Positions 22,906 through 36,433 of a DNA stretch of 64,000 nucleotides are shown in pieces (within the stretch, counting starts at the first letter, position 1; each line of letters starts with the position of its first letter). A program made the translations under genes and the position numbers. This stretch comes from Batkoa obscura (taxonomy: Eukaryota). The notes beneath the pieces are model-generated. The model searched no databases and was not told the origin of the DNA. It worked only from the letters and a program-made list of their open reading frames with translations. The DNA is taken from the NCBI GenBank assembly GCA_030770535.1, contig JASVEC010000002.1, positions 558,001 to 622,000 on the forward strand, written 5' to 3'.

Positions 22906-25810
22906 ATAATAAATATTTGAATGATCTAAAAGATAAAGCAGTAGCTAGGTCAACATTTTTTAAATATATATCAAGTAATTTCAAAAACCCAGCAAGAAAA
23001 ACAGATCTATGTAATATATATGCCCAGTATATGGTTAGAAAAAAAGTTATTTGAAAATAAAATAAATACAGCAAAAAACAAAACAGAGATAGAAGAAATT
23101 TTCAACGAAGAAGAAAAATTATAAAAATTACATAAATTCTGTGTTGATACTCAAAAAAACACATTTAATGAAACTATCAAAAAATTAAATAATAAAAGTT
23201 GTATAATAGTTTTAGATTTTAAACAAAATATGGAAATAGGAACAAGACCAGATTCAATAAATTTAGATCATTATAATAAACAAGCTATATCAGTATTAGG
23301 TTTTGATGTTTTGGTGTATTATATTTAAAAGACAATAAAACAATAGGCAAAGTTTACTTTGATTATTTATCTGAAATATTGAATCATGATTCAGCATATG
23401 CAGTAGATTGTTTAATCAATTTGATCTCTACAGAGCTTCTATTTAAAAAGTTTACAAAAATTAATATATGGGCAGATACAGGAAATCATTTTAGATCCCA
23501 AGAGTTTCTACACTATATGTTTAAAGAAATTCATAAAATAAATAGTAGTCTGAATGTTAATCTTAATTTTTTTGCTGAGCATCATGGAAAAAGTATAGTT
23601 GATGGACATTTTGGAAACCTTTCAAAATGGAAAAGTAGTTTTGAAGCGTTAGGTAAAATAGAAGATATCGATCAATTAATTTCAAGATTTGAGGCTTTTA
23701 TTTGCGAGCATAATAAAATTAATAACTCGACTGTTAATAATGGGAAAACAGATATAATTTTTAAAAAGTATAAAAGAAACAAAAATACAAAAAGAATAAT
23801 AGAGATGCAGGGCATTAAGAAGTATCTACACTTTATTAAACATAACAATAAACTACATTGTTATCCAGTATGTGATACATCAAAAAAAGCGATATAATTC
23901 TAATTAAAGTTATAGAGTCTATAGAAAATAGAAAAATTAAAAGATCGATCCCAGCTTACCTTACGAAGATAACAGAGAATTTAAAAATTTCGATATTTAC
24001 TAAGCAAGTAAGTAGTTTTTTGAATGATAGAAATAGATTGTTAAATGTTAACATTACTTAAGTTATTAATAGCTAAGTTAATAAATAGTCAAAGAACAAG
24101 TAACTGTAATAATATGTAAAAACTATTATTACTTGTACTATATAGGGATGGTTAATTATAGTTTTGGGGCTAGCCACTCCCTCCCATGCAGCTATTTATT
24201 AACTTGGAAATATATTGATAATGTAATTATAACATTAAAATAGTTTATTTGTTTGATAATAAATCTACAATGTTGGTTATAAAGCAGTTGATAATAAATA
24301 TTTCTCAATTAAGTTTTATAACAAAATGTATTTAAGATCTAGTAGAAATTCAACTAACTTACAGTATGAGCTATAATAGAATGATTTAGAATTGTGTCTG
24401 GGTACTTTTGTTTTAATAAAAGATGTGATTTTATAGAATTTTAAGCGAAGTTTTTAAAATCCAACTTTTTAAAAAATTAGATAAAATAATGAAACTAATT
24501 TAGACAACCCCATATGTTGATTTCGGGCCTTTTGCTACTAATATTTCTAAAAGTTAAATGGTATATACTTTTAAAAAAGTTAATCACCTCTCGAGTACTC
24601 TAGTTTAAAAAAGATCGAAAATTAATAAAAGGAATGGGAATTCTAATGTAAAGATTAAGAAAAAACCAGTTTACTCGCCTAGTCTTAACCAAGATTCAAA
24701 AACTCGATGAAAAGGGAAGTTACTAAACATTATATTAATGTCATTTATTTGAGCTACCTATTGGTAAAAATAATTTTGAGGAATTTAGTGAAATCCTAAA
24801 TTGAGGCGTAATTAATGATATGACTTAGCTTTGATTAATATTTTAAATATTAAATTTTAATCATGTTCAAATTAATGTGAATAAACTATCTCAATGCTAT
24901 ATTAAATCCGCGCTCTTATAATTACTATAAACTGTTATACCATTTGTTATGCCTATGTCTATGTCCTTTATACCTGGTATATCAATGGTCAAAGCAAGGT
25001 AACCTAATATAATATAATTAGCCCTGAAATAAAAATATTCTAGATGTTGAAATAAATTAAGTTTAATGCTACATATTATACAAAATTTCTGTATTATGAT
25101 GTTATAAAACAAAAAATTCTATTCTTGAAAGCACTTGTCCAGATACACAACTCGAATTTTTTTTGATGTCATGATCAAAAACCATAAAATGTTGGTTAGA
25201 TATAATATGAAAATTGCAGCATTAATAGAATTGTTCTACATAATCATTATTGAACATCAAATATAACTTCCACTTAGAATTAAGAAGATAAAAACTCAAG
25301 GTACTACTCTTATTCTCTACAGCATAAAATATTTTAATGAGTTTTGGATTATTGGCAATTAGCAGAGTACCAATATACATTTATGTGAAATTTGTTCTTA
25401 ACATAAATGTTGTTGAATATTTTAGAGAATAAATAATTGGAGTTTTAAAATAGGTTAATGTATTTATGAAATAGCACAGTCATATCAATTAAAATTTTTA
25501 AAAGAGATATAGTTTTTATTAGAAACAAGTATTTGGAATTTCAGATAATAACCTAATTATACTTATAAAATATATTTCTTAAAAAACATTCTAACAAAAA
25601 CAAGTTTATAAAAATGTGGCGTCTAAAATATGAACATAGTTAATAATCTTATAGTTAGTTTTATAAAAATACCATACCATCAAAAGTATAAATACTTGAT
25701 ATAATGAATCAAGTTTGATAGAATTCTCGTTATTTGCATAATATTTCTTACTGTACTATAAGGTATTATATTTGGCATTATAATATAATAATATAATATT
25801 GAAAGGTAAA

Positions 25811-27059
25811 ATGGAGCCTGAAATTAGTCCAATTGATGAATTTATAAGCAACTCATACATTCCAATTGTATCTTATGTTTCTGCATTTTTGGTTCTGCTT
25901 GTAATCCTGTTTATGATAGGAATGTGTATGTATTTGTTACTTTATATTCAATATTTATATTTAATATTCTATTAGCTGTCTATGACTACAAACTAGTAGA
26001 TCGAGTTTCTTTAAGATTACAAACTGCACTAGCGTTTTATGCTCTTTGGCTACATAGTGGATCACTATGGAGAGTGCCTTTTACATACACTCCCAGTCCA
26101 ATCTGTACTTTTTTTGGCTGGAATATGGTAGCAATTACAACATTTGATGCATTCATAAATGTGTCAATTGCTTTAAACCTCCAACTGGTTTTCATTCACA
26201 ACGTCCAAGTTACTAAAAAAATTGAAATTGCATACTGGTTAGTCCCTATAATAATGTCGCTTTTAATCTCATTTCCACCACTTGGTAAGCTTAATACTAT
26301 TTTTGGTAAAAATACTAATCACGAGACTAGCTTTGGGGAAACTTGGTTGGAGTGATTATGCTGGCTGCTATGTTGCTGCAGAGGCTGGAGATGAAAGTTA
26401 CATGAAAATTTTCGATTTTTTCGCAACTCAGCTTTGGAGACTAATAGCACTGATATATCTTGTAATTGTAGTTATCCTTGTCGTAATTTCTTTGAACAGG
26501 GAGTCTACTTTAGTCAGAAATAAATACTTACGTGGTACAAAGACTTCAGAGAGGGCATTGAAAAGCATTAAACTTTTAGGATATAGAATGTAATGAATAG
26601 ATTAATAGTCAATAATTTACTTAATTTTTTTAGATTATTATATCCTATATCTATGTTGATAACTCATTCTGGGGGAATCATATCTCAAATTTACTACGAT
26701 TTTAATGACCAAACAAATCTTGGTTTAGATCGATGGGCTTTTCTTACATATCCACTTATCGGCACATTGAACTTCGTTGCTTTCTGTTGTGACCCTACTG
26801 TACATTCTGCCATTAAGAAAACTTACTTAAGACTTGAGTTTCGCTATTATTTTAGGAGAAGTATCGTAGATAAAGATGATAGTAAGACATTTTTAAAACT
26901 ATAATCCCATTAAACTTATATTTAGATAATGCGGGAGCCTTTGAACTCGTTAGTGATACTTCTACAAATAATATCGTTGTTGTTGAAGGTGATAATGTTT
27001 CAGATAATCCCACTGAGAATGAACAAATTTTGCTTCAACGTTTTATTAGCACTTTATAA
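25811..27059 (+). CDS. 7TM receptor, cAMP-receptor/Git3-like family, paralog 1 (5 exons)
   Basis: Spliced ORF with about 7 hydrophobic helices, VDRVSLRLQ, IALNLQLVF, LLYP, GTLNFVAFCCDP motifs. Confidence 0.8.
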
Positions 27060-28198
27060 AGGGCACATTAATAAAATGCTATTTACTTTATGTTTTTTCA
27101 GATTTTTATCTTTCGACTTTAAAACTTTATTTATCATTTTTGAAAGGGGAGCAATTTAGTTAAGCAAGCCATAGGTTTTCAAATATTTAAATCAGATTTC
27201 CCTGTTGTTGCTTTATTAAAAACAATTAGCCTATATGTGTTCTTATGCTTTGCATTATAAAGGTTTGATTTTTCCTTCCTTTCTGGAATGAAGTCTTCGA
27301 GCAAAGATGAGCATAGCTTGTTTTAAAGTTCTAAAAGTGATTTCAGGCTACTCAGGAAGTTGTTTCTAAATGTCTATTTGATCTCCAAGGTTGTATCTAT
27401 GAAACTTTTTGACATTCTTATTTTAATTTTAATTGATAAGTTTGCCTCTCTTTCCCGCTTTTTCTTCCTTACATAAATAAGCCCGTTACTAGCTTTTTAG
27501 CTAGTGTGTATTTTTTAGGGGAATATTATACCATCAGTTCCAAAATTGTAGCCTAAACGAAAGTTTATACAGATAATACAATTTGAACTATCCATTTTCA
27601 GAGTTAATCCTTTTAAAATAATGCATGATAAAAAACAAAGATACACAAGATCTAAAAGAGTTATATTTATAAACTGATATGATTTAGTTATGAAAAATTG
27701 GGCTATTTGTCTCCATATAATATTAGGATTAGGTGAGTTTCGCTCTAACATTTCTCTTCACTATAGTTGGTGAAAAAACTCCCTACTAATTCTAAATATT
27801 TAAGCATAACCATATCAGTTAAAAATGCCATAAAAATATTTTTGAATAATATCAAAATTATCATCAAAATGGCAAAATTATATTCCCTAAATCATCTGAT
27901 TTTGTTCCTATTCCTTGGATCATTTCGGTCAAATTTTTTAAAAATATCATAAGGACAGCTTCTACCATTTGAGATCAAGCATGTAGTTTATCTATGATGC
28001 CCAAACAGGATTCTACTATTCCAGTGTCCTGTTAAAACATTTTACTTTTTTATCATCTCTTTTCTATAAAGATTCATATTGTATAAATAGAAATATATAG
28101 TTGTAAAATATACTATTTACATATTTCTTTACAGATTATAGAAACTCAAGTATATTTTGGTATGTCTATTTAACTTTTAAGGCTTTGCTTTACTATAT

Positions 28199-28290
28199 AA
28201 CATGTATTTTTTTGTTTGAATTTTAATAACAAATTTTCCGTTCAAATAGTGCTTAAAAAATGTAAAAAGTAATAAAGTCAAAAAAACTCC
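28199..28290 (+). mobile_element. MITE copy 9 (degenerate)
   Basis: Internal family sequence, ATAT flanks. Confidence 0.65.
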
Positions 28291-28522
28291 ATATTTTGAC
28301 ATTCTTTCAACACCTTAAATCATTCTTGAGCAAATTTTCAATCCTTAAATATCTATACAAATATCTGCTTAATAAAACATATTCCTATTAAAATTTAGAA
28401 TACTAAAAAAGTATCTATACAGCAGTATAAAAGTAAAAAATTCGCTAAGCATTTTAAATAAATCTAGTACTATTTTTAGAATGAACTTAAGATAAAGGGC
28501 ATTTTGTAGAATAAAAATATAT

Positions 28523-28618
28523 AGGGCTGTTTTTTTAGTTTCATTATTTGTCTATTTTTAAGCGTTATTTGAGTGGAAAGATTGTAGTAAAATCCTTAAA
28601 CAAAAAAACACCCCCCCC
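28523..28618 (-). mobile_element. MITE copy 10
   Basis: Family sequence, ATAT/ATAT. Confidence 0.8.
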
Positions 28619-29527
28619 ATATTCTAAAAAGCGACCAATAGGGTTCGGTTAAAAAAAATAAAGAACTTACTAAATACAATATAAATACTAATATTTAAAC
28701 AATGTTAAATTTGTAAAATTAAATGTTTGCAAACAGATTTTTTTCTAGAACAGAGTGAAGCTTTAGATTTTAAATTTTAGTTTAGCCATAAAGTTGTAAA
28801 TTTGAACTTCCTTAAAATTTGATATCTGAAAGATAATATCGTATATAAATGATATAAATTTGAGCTGGGTTTTGGGAAGACATTCATATCCGTTACAAAG
28901 TTTTGCATATCCTAAATCAAATATATAACTGTGGTTATTTATAATGAAATAACCTAACTTAAAAATAATATAGCTTATACAGGTTTTTATAAAAATTATA
29001 AAAATCATAAAGCATTTAATATTCTGATGAGAGATTTATAGTGAGCGCTTTTTATTACCTTTTTGGAATATTTACTTAAACAGTCATAAAACATCGAGCA
29101 TAAATACTCATAAACTCGATTTTAAATATAGTATCCATGAACTAGTGGCTCTTTGATGAACGTGTTTATTGGGATCATTTAACAAATTTAAATTTAAATT
29201 TAAATACAAGGTTATAATTCCAAATTTAGAGGCAGCAAGCATATATGACTTCGAAAATACCTTCTAAGCAAGCTGTATCCCTTTTTATTTACCTCCAAAA
29301 ATACATACCAGACTCAATAAGTACAGTAATTCTTAAAGCTTCATATCAATATATAATATAAATCAAAACATAACAATCAAATATTTGTGATCTATTGTTT
29401 GAATTTGTTTTATTAATACATCAATTTTTTTTCATATAATGATATCCCAAGTCAATCAAATCATTATTTTTAAATAAACTTTATATATAACTAATCTAAC
29501 AAGTTGACAAAGCATTGATGTTTATAT

Positions 29528-29624
29528 AGGGATGTATTTTTTCATTTAAGAATTTTACTAAAAATCTTTCCACTCAATAGCGCTTAAAAAATGGAAAAGT
29601 AATGGAATCAAAAAAAACATCCCC
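29528..29624 (+). mobile_element. MITE copy 11
   Basis: AGGGATGT...ACATCCCC, ATAT/ATAT. Confidence 0.85.
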
Positions 29625-30044
29625 ATATAGTTAATGAAACATAATAGGACTATTATAAGAATTTTAGATAAAGTTAAGTAAAAATTATATTTAGATTTTA
29701 AACAGTTAAATAAAACCTGTGATAGCATTGCTAATTCTAGTCCCATTTTATTATTTAATACATTTATAATCTAACAATATCTAACAATATCTGAATTTAA
29801 CTTTTAAGACAAATAGAAGCATAAAAAGAATATATACGTTTACTATATTTTTTAAGCATTATGATGAAATAGATCAAATAGTACCTTCAAAACTTAATTG
29901 CTAATTATAAATCTAAAGCCTTATCAAAGCAATGATATAATTCTAAGAATGGGGGATTACTTCCATTTATGTATTGTTTATAAAACCTATAAAGTTCAAA
30001 ATAAGCATATATAAATAGCACAAAAACCATAAAATAAACATAAA

Positions 30045-31273
30045 ATGGAGCCTGAAATTAGTCCAATTGATGAATTTATAAGCAACTCATACATTCCAAT
30101 TGTATCTTATGTTTCTGCATTTTTGGTTCTGCTTGTAATCCTGTTTATGATAGGAATGTGTATGTATTTGTTACTTTATATTCAATATTTATATTTAATA
30201 TTCTATTAGCTGTCTATGACTACAAACTAGTAGATCGAGTTTCTTTAAGATTACAAACTGCACTAGCGTTTTATGCTCTTTGGCTACATAGTGGATCACT
30301 ATGGAGAGTGCCTTTTACATACACTCCCAGTCCAATCTGTACTTTTTTTGGCTGGAATATGGTAGCAATTACAACATTTGATGCATTCATAAATGTGTCA
30401 ATTGCTTTAAACCTCCAACTGGTTTTCATTCACAACGTCCAAGTTACTAAAAAAATTGAAATTGCATACTGGTTAGTCCCTATAATAATGTCGCTTTTAA
30501 TCTCATTTCCACCACTTGGTAAGCTTAATACTATTTTTGGTAAAAATACTAATCACGAGACTAGCTTTAGGAAAACTTGGTTGGAGTGATTATGCTGGCT
30601 GCTATGTTGCTGTAGAGGCTGGAGATGAAAGTTACATGAAAATTTTCGATTTTTTCGCAACTCAGCTTTGGAGACTAATAGCACTGATATATCTTGTAAT
30701 TGTTGTTGTAATTGTATTTATGAAACTGAATCGTGGAGCTACTTTAATTGATTCATTAAAATTAAACATGGACTCAGGAAATTCTTCCCAGGCTTCTAGA
30801 GCTATAAGATTACTTGGCTATAGAGTGTATCCATTTATTTATTTATACTTTAAATGACTAATTTTTTAGATTATTATATCCTATATCTATGTTGATAACT
30901 CATTCTGGGGGAATCATATCTCAAATTTACTACGATTTTAATGACCAAACAAATCTTGGTTTAGATCGATGGGCTTTTCTTACATATCCACTTATCGGCA
31001 CATTGAACTTCGTTGCTTTCTGTTGTGATCCTACAGTTCATAATGCAATTAGAGTTTCCTACTATAGAATCAAAGGGAGATATAATGGTGATATAAAGAA
31101 TGGTAATGGTTTCTTTGTTTATTCGTGTATATAAACTTATATTTTTAGTTGATCAACTTGACTTAGAATTAGGCAGAATTGGTTCAAGCTTAGAAGGAGC
31201 CAAAGGCACTGATATTTTTGATAATGATTATACTAATAATCAAGCTTTTTCTGCTTTAGTAAAGTCTTTGTAA
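30045..31273 (+). CDS. 7TM receptor paralog 2 (5 exons)
   Basis: Same exon structure as paralog 1; long identical tracts. Confidence 0.8.
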
Positions 31274-31553
31274 TTATAGTTATTTGTGGATCGAAAAAAA
31301 CATAGGGCTTTTATATTCTAAAATTTAAATAAATCGTAAAGGAATAAAACTAGTATATTTTTTACTTATATTTAGTGTATACATGCTTCAAAGTCAAATT
31401 CTGCTTATAATACACATAAAATCATAAAATTAGATTAAACACTTCTGAATAGTAATACCAACAGCCATATATTTAGGAAATTTCGGCTTTGTTTTAGAGT
31501 TAATATACAAAGGTAGATCAAAAAGTCGGTATAAGGGAGGGCCTGAAGGGATG

Positions 31554-32014
31554 TGTGAGATATCGCTTTGTCAGCTCCATAATTGATTATAGTATAATAA
31601 TCATTAAGTTGTTGTGTTCTCGAGTTCAGAGACAACCGATTCCCTGCTCTTAGTTTGATTTACTGTGAGAATTTCTAGCTTCATCCCAAAGAATATTATC
31701 TTCCCATTTTGATATCCATACTTGTTAGAGTATGAAAGAGGTTCTAGAGTATAGCAGATCGAGGCTTTAACTAAATTATCCCCTGATATCTCGTACATTT
31801 AATAAAGCCACCAAATTTATTTAATAGTATTTTATGTAGATTTTACATTAGTATCGTCTATTCTATTTGCCTTACATAGTTCATAGCCTATTATGTAGTA
31901 TTTTTCATAAATCAAGTCTATCTTAGTCACACAAATTAAGGCATTTCGGCTTACAGTGTGGTTAACCAGGAAATAGCTGCTTTTGACTCCAATAACTGAG
32001 TATCAGGTTTCACA
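31554..32014 (-). mobile_element. Solo-LTR-like repeat, copy C (461 bp)
   Basis: Reverse complement of copy B; TGTG...CACA termini; flanks GGATG/AGATG. Confidence 0.75.
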
Positions 32015-32179
32015 AGATGATAATAGTCGCAAATTTATACATAGTCCATTGTATACAGCTTAATTAGAATATATGCAAAGTCTCTTATTAATTGAATTAC
32101 ACTTGTCTCTGAGATATAATTAAAAGAAAAAGCTATTATTAAAAAAGAGTACTAGTAATTTTATTATATATTTCCATGT

Positions 32180-32382
32180 GGGGATGTCCGAACTGGCTTC
32201 AGAATTTACTTAGAAATTAATGTAAGTTTTAAGTTTTTAAATTTGTGTCTTTAACGTGACAGTTAAATCTAAAAAGCTTAAAATTAAATCTCTTTATTTA
32301 AGAAACTTATTCTAATTGTTTCCTTTTCTTAAACAACTAACTTTTCTAACTACACGTTTTCTGTTATTTCTGTTAAATATTC
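32180..32382 (+). mobile_element. Isolated left end of the Sola2-type element (followed by a partial MITE)
   Basis: GGGGATGTCCGAACTGGCTTCAGAATTT... colinear with 21500-21695. Confidence 0.75.
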
Positions 32383-32874
32383 GACACAAGAGTATGTTTT
32401 TCTTGCTTCATCACTTTTTCTATTTCTTAAGCCCCTATATCGCTTAAGTTTTGAACTAATTTTTTTGAAACATTAGACCTCTAGGGCAAAATGTTTCTTA
32501 AATTAAAATTGTACGTTTGAATAGGTTAGGTGTCTAATTAAGAGGGTTATAAACTCCTTCAAAGCTTGTGTTGAGTCCTTAATGCACCAGAAAAGCTCGT
32601 TTTACAATTTTTGAACTATGCTTCAATAACTTATAAATTTAATTTAAAGAGTTGTTCGTTAAATCAAACCAGTTTATTGAAATTAGCATAAGTAATACAG
32701 GGATATAATTGGAAAATACTTCAAAAACATTACTAATTTAGCATAGAGTTAAAGGTATAAATACCCAGTATAATTCACTAAACTTGATAGAATTTTTCAA
32801 ATAATAGAATTACTTATAATATTAGCATAGACTTTTATAACATAATTTTCAGCATTAAAGCTTTGTTCTAAATA

Positions 32875-34096
32875 ATGGAAAGAGACTCTTTCGAAGATTT
32901 TTTATATAAAAAATACATCCCAAGCGTTTCTTATATTTCTGCATTCCTGGCATTGCTCATAGTTTTATTTATGGCTGGAATGTGTATGTACTTATTGACT
33001 TTTTTATTCAATTTATACTTATTTAATATTAGCTATTTATGACAAGAAATTAATAAACAGAGTGTCTTTGAGGTTGCAAGTTGGGTTAGCAATTTATGAC
33101 ATTTGGCTACATACAGGATCACTTTGGAGGCAACCTTTTTCAAAAGGACCAGGACCACTTTGTACTTTTTTTGGATGGAATGTCATAGCATTTACGCTAT
33201 TTGATGCATTTATAAACGTATCTATTGGAATGAATCTTCAATTAGTTTTTATTCATAATATGCAGATTACTAGAAAAATTGAAGTGGCATACTGGATAGT
33301 TCCAATATTGATATCTCTTGTTATCACAATTCCGCCACTTAGTAAGTTTGATATTAACTCTAATAAAGTTACTAATCAACGAAAATAGTATTAGGGAAAT
33401 TTGGCTGGAGCAAATATGCTGGGTGTTATATTACAGCAATTGACGAAGATTTCTATATGAAGTTGTTTGATTTTTTTGGAACTCAACTTTGGAGATTTTT
33501 AGCACTTATATATCTCAGTATTATTGTTATTATAATATCTATAAGACTGAGCCGAGGAGTCATTTTAATTGGTTCTCGTAGATTAAATACAAACTCAGAA
33601 TCTATGTATAAAACAGTTAGTGCTGTAAAACTATTAGGATATAGAATGTATTCATGTATTTATTTGTCCTTTAAATTATTGACATTATAGATTATTATAT
33701 CCCATATTTATGGTAATAACCCGCACCGGAGGGATTCTCTCACAGATATACTTTGATTTTAACGCTGAGTCTAATGTATTCTTAGACCGATGGACCTTAC
33801 TTACTTACCCGCTTATTGGTGGATTAAATTTCGTTGCTTTTTGTTGTGATCCTACAGTTCATGATGCAACCAAAGCTCTTATTTACAAAAACAAGGTTAT
33901 AAAAGAGCATGAGAAAAAAGATAGTAGTATGTTGTATATTTACATAATTACATAGACTTATGTGTTTTTAGATGGTCAGACTGGTATTGAACTAAATGTA
34001 ATTAATTTAACTTTAGAAGAAAATGGAAACATTGCCAATCCTGGTAATAATCATGACAATGATAATGTGTCTAATAATACAACAAAACCTTTATAA
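32875..34096 (+). CDS. 7TM receptor paralog 3 (5 exons)
   Basis: INRVSLRLQVGLA, GMNLQLVFIHN, GGLNFVAFCCDP; same intron positions as paralogs 1 and 2. Confidence 0.8.
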
Positions 34097-36056
34097 CTGC
34101 ATTTTATACATGTCAGAGATGGTTTAATTAAATCTTATGTTTCGTAAAAGTAAATAAAACAAACGCATATTTAAGGTTTATGAAATTAATATAAGGGCTA
34201 TAAACGAGGGCTTTTTTAGAAAGTATAAAATTAGTTAAACTTTTATTTCCTGTCATGTCTAACTTATCTCATATCATGTAAAATACATATTAAATATGAA
34301 AATCATAGATATCAGTAATACTAAAATCCTTAACACTAACATTTACCTTTTAAATGGATATTATCATCTCATATTGTTCTGGCTAAATATAATATATATA
34401 AATTTACTATCATGACATTATAAGAAGTAGCAAAGTAATAGACATAGATAGGGAAATGTTAAAATGGAACAATCAAATCATAATTTTTTAGATAAAATAT
34501 TATTTAATTAATTCAAGATAATAGTGATCCAGATAAAGATGTGGTGAATATTAATGTATATGTAAAAGAGCTGTTTTTATGAGACGATATTAAACCTTCT
34601 TTTGAAGTATTTATTCTTTAAGGTTAAACAAAAGTACTGAGTATTTATTCTTTAGAGCTAGGTAGAAGGTTTAAGCATTTGATAAATTTCAAAATACTAA
34701 TTTCTGTATTTTTGGAGTCCCAATACTCTTTTAAATTATTTTCAATAATTTATAAACATAGTTTCCGTTTTTAGTATTAGAGTTCAAAGAATGAAATTGA
34801 GTAGATTTTCTATTAACATGTTGCTGATACCATCCAAAGTATATTATCAAATTGATATATCGGCCACTTACGTACAATAACTCTTAGTCTTTTAAAATTA
34901 TATAAATGTAGTTGTATTTCAATATTGCTCGAATTAAGTAATTTGTATTGCCAAAGTTAATGTCATAGTTATCCGAAGAATCATAATTCTGGATCCTTAA
35001 TATTTTCTGAATTTCGCTATTAAACATTTTAAATTATAACTAGAGAATTAAACTTGTTTTTGAATAAGAACATTTGTGTAACTTTTCTAAATCTGATTTC
35101 TCATTTCGAAGACAAATTTATACAAATATATAAAATATTAAATTAAACTTGTTTTATTCTTAACTCACATATTTTTATGAGTTAGTAGTATTTATAGAAA
35201 TTTGGAGAATTTTTTGAATTGTGGATGGATCTTTATATAAATAATATAAACAATTTTATTATCACGCATTATAACAAATATTCTATTCTCAATACAAAAG
35301 TATGTCCACTTTTTGATGTTAATTTTAATACAGTCGTGAATGTATGTTAGTTTTAAACATTACTATACAAATATAGAATTATTAAGATGAATTACAGTAG
35401 GTTGGAATTTTTTAATGTTCCATTTAATTCCAAATAACTTCAATAGTTAAAATCAGCCAAAATTTATGATAAAATTTTCCGACTTATTATTAATAAAATC
35501 ACAACCAACAAACTGTTTGTATCTTTTTTCAAGAATTATTGTCAACTTTAAGAAAATTTTGGCAAACTTTATATCTTATTTAGCAAGTTATGGGCGAAAG
35601 CAATTTTTTTAAGAATCAACACCTTTTTAAACACTTTCAAAAGCATGCCTAACTATAAAATTAATAAGCAGTAAAATGCTAAAACAAATAAAAACTTGAC
35701 TTTTTGAATTTAACTATTATTTTTATTTTAATAGCTGACTATGATTTAAATAGTTCAATTGAAAAGTTATAAAATATCAAAAAAACTTTTATAATAAAAT
35801 TTAGTGTTTGAAACTTAGTTACTTTACATGAATTATAAAAAACTGGAAATTTAAAAAAAAATTGCAATAAGTTGCTAAAAAAGTACATAAAATATTTAAT
35901 AGAAATATTTAATAAAGTATAGAGTTATAATAATAATAATAATAAGTAAATAAAATAAATATTCATATCAAAATACTATTGAATGTAGCTAAAAAACAAG
36001 AAGTATTTTATGTTAAAAAGCTAAAAATATATATAAAATTCAAAATTTAACTATAT

Positions 36057-36155
36057 GGGGATGTCTTTTTTTGCTTCATTACTTTTTCCATCTTTTAAGC
36101 GCTGTTTACATGGAAAAATTGTTAGTAAAATTCCTAAATACAAAAATACATCCCC
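36057..36155 (-). mobile_element. MITE copy 12
   Basis: GGGGATGT...ACATCCCC, ATAT/ATAT. Confidence 0.9.
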
Positions 36156-36335
36156 ATATAATAAACATTATATTTTATAATTAAGATAAATCATAGATTA
36201 TAAATATAAAATGTTTATTAACATGTATATAGAATATGTATATTGTATTTATTAATAAATTATAGAAAGTAATAAAAACAAACATAATAGAAATAAAGTA
36301 AATAAAAAGTATAAGTTTTAACAAAAATAAAGTAT

Positions 36336-36433
36336 GGGGATGTATTTTTGTATTTAAGAGCTTTACTAACAATTTTTCCACTCAAATAGCGCTTAAAGGG
36401 TGGAAAAGTAATGAAGCCAAAAAAAACATACAC
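36336..36433 (+). mobile_element. MITE copy 13
   Basis: Family sequence, degenerate right end. Confidence 0.8.

Larger units (their letters stand above)
21781..23897 (+). pseudogene. Sola2-like DDD transposase, disrupted
   Basis: Coding sequence resumes after the insertions (SRRMIYNKYL..RSTFFKY..RKTDLC); frameshifts and stops near 23030-23130 and 23300; C-terminal 172-aa piece intact. Confidence 0.8.
21500..24511 (+). mobile_element. Full-length but inactivated Sola2-type DNA transposon with nested MITE and LTR-like insertions
   Basis: Imperfect TIRs GGGGCTGTCCTAATTGGTTTCA / TGAAACTAATTTAGACAACCCC; transposase fragments with DDD triad VLDFKQN, WADTG, HHGKSIVDG. Confidence 0.82.

Noticed and set aside
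27140..28100. Coding-like, slightly GC-richer stretch (possible decayed TE or gene)
   Set aside because: Multiple stops; no recognisable motif by eye
34300..35350. Possible degraded gene on the - strand
   Set aside because: No sustained frame or identifiable domain
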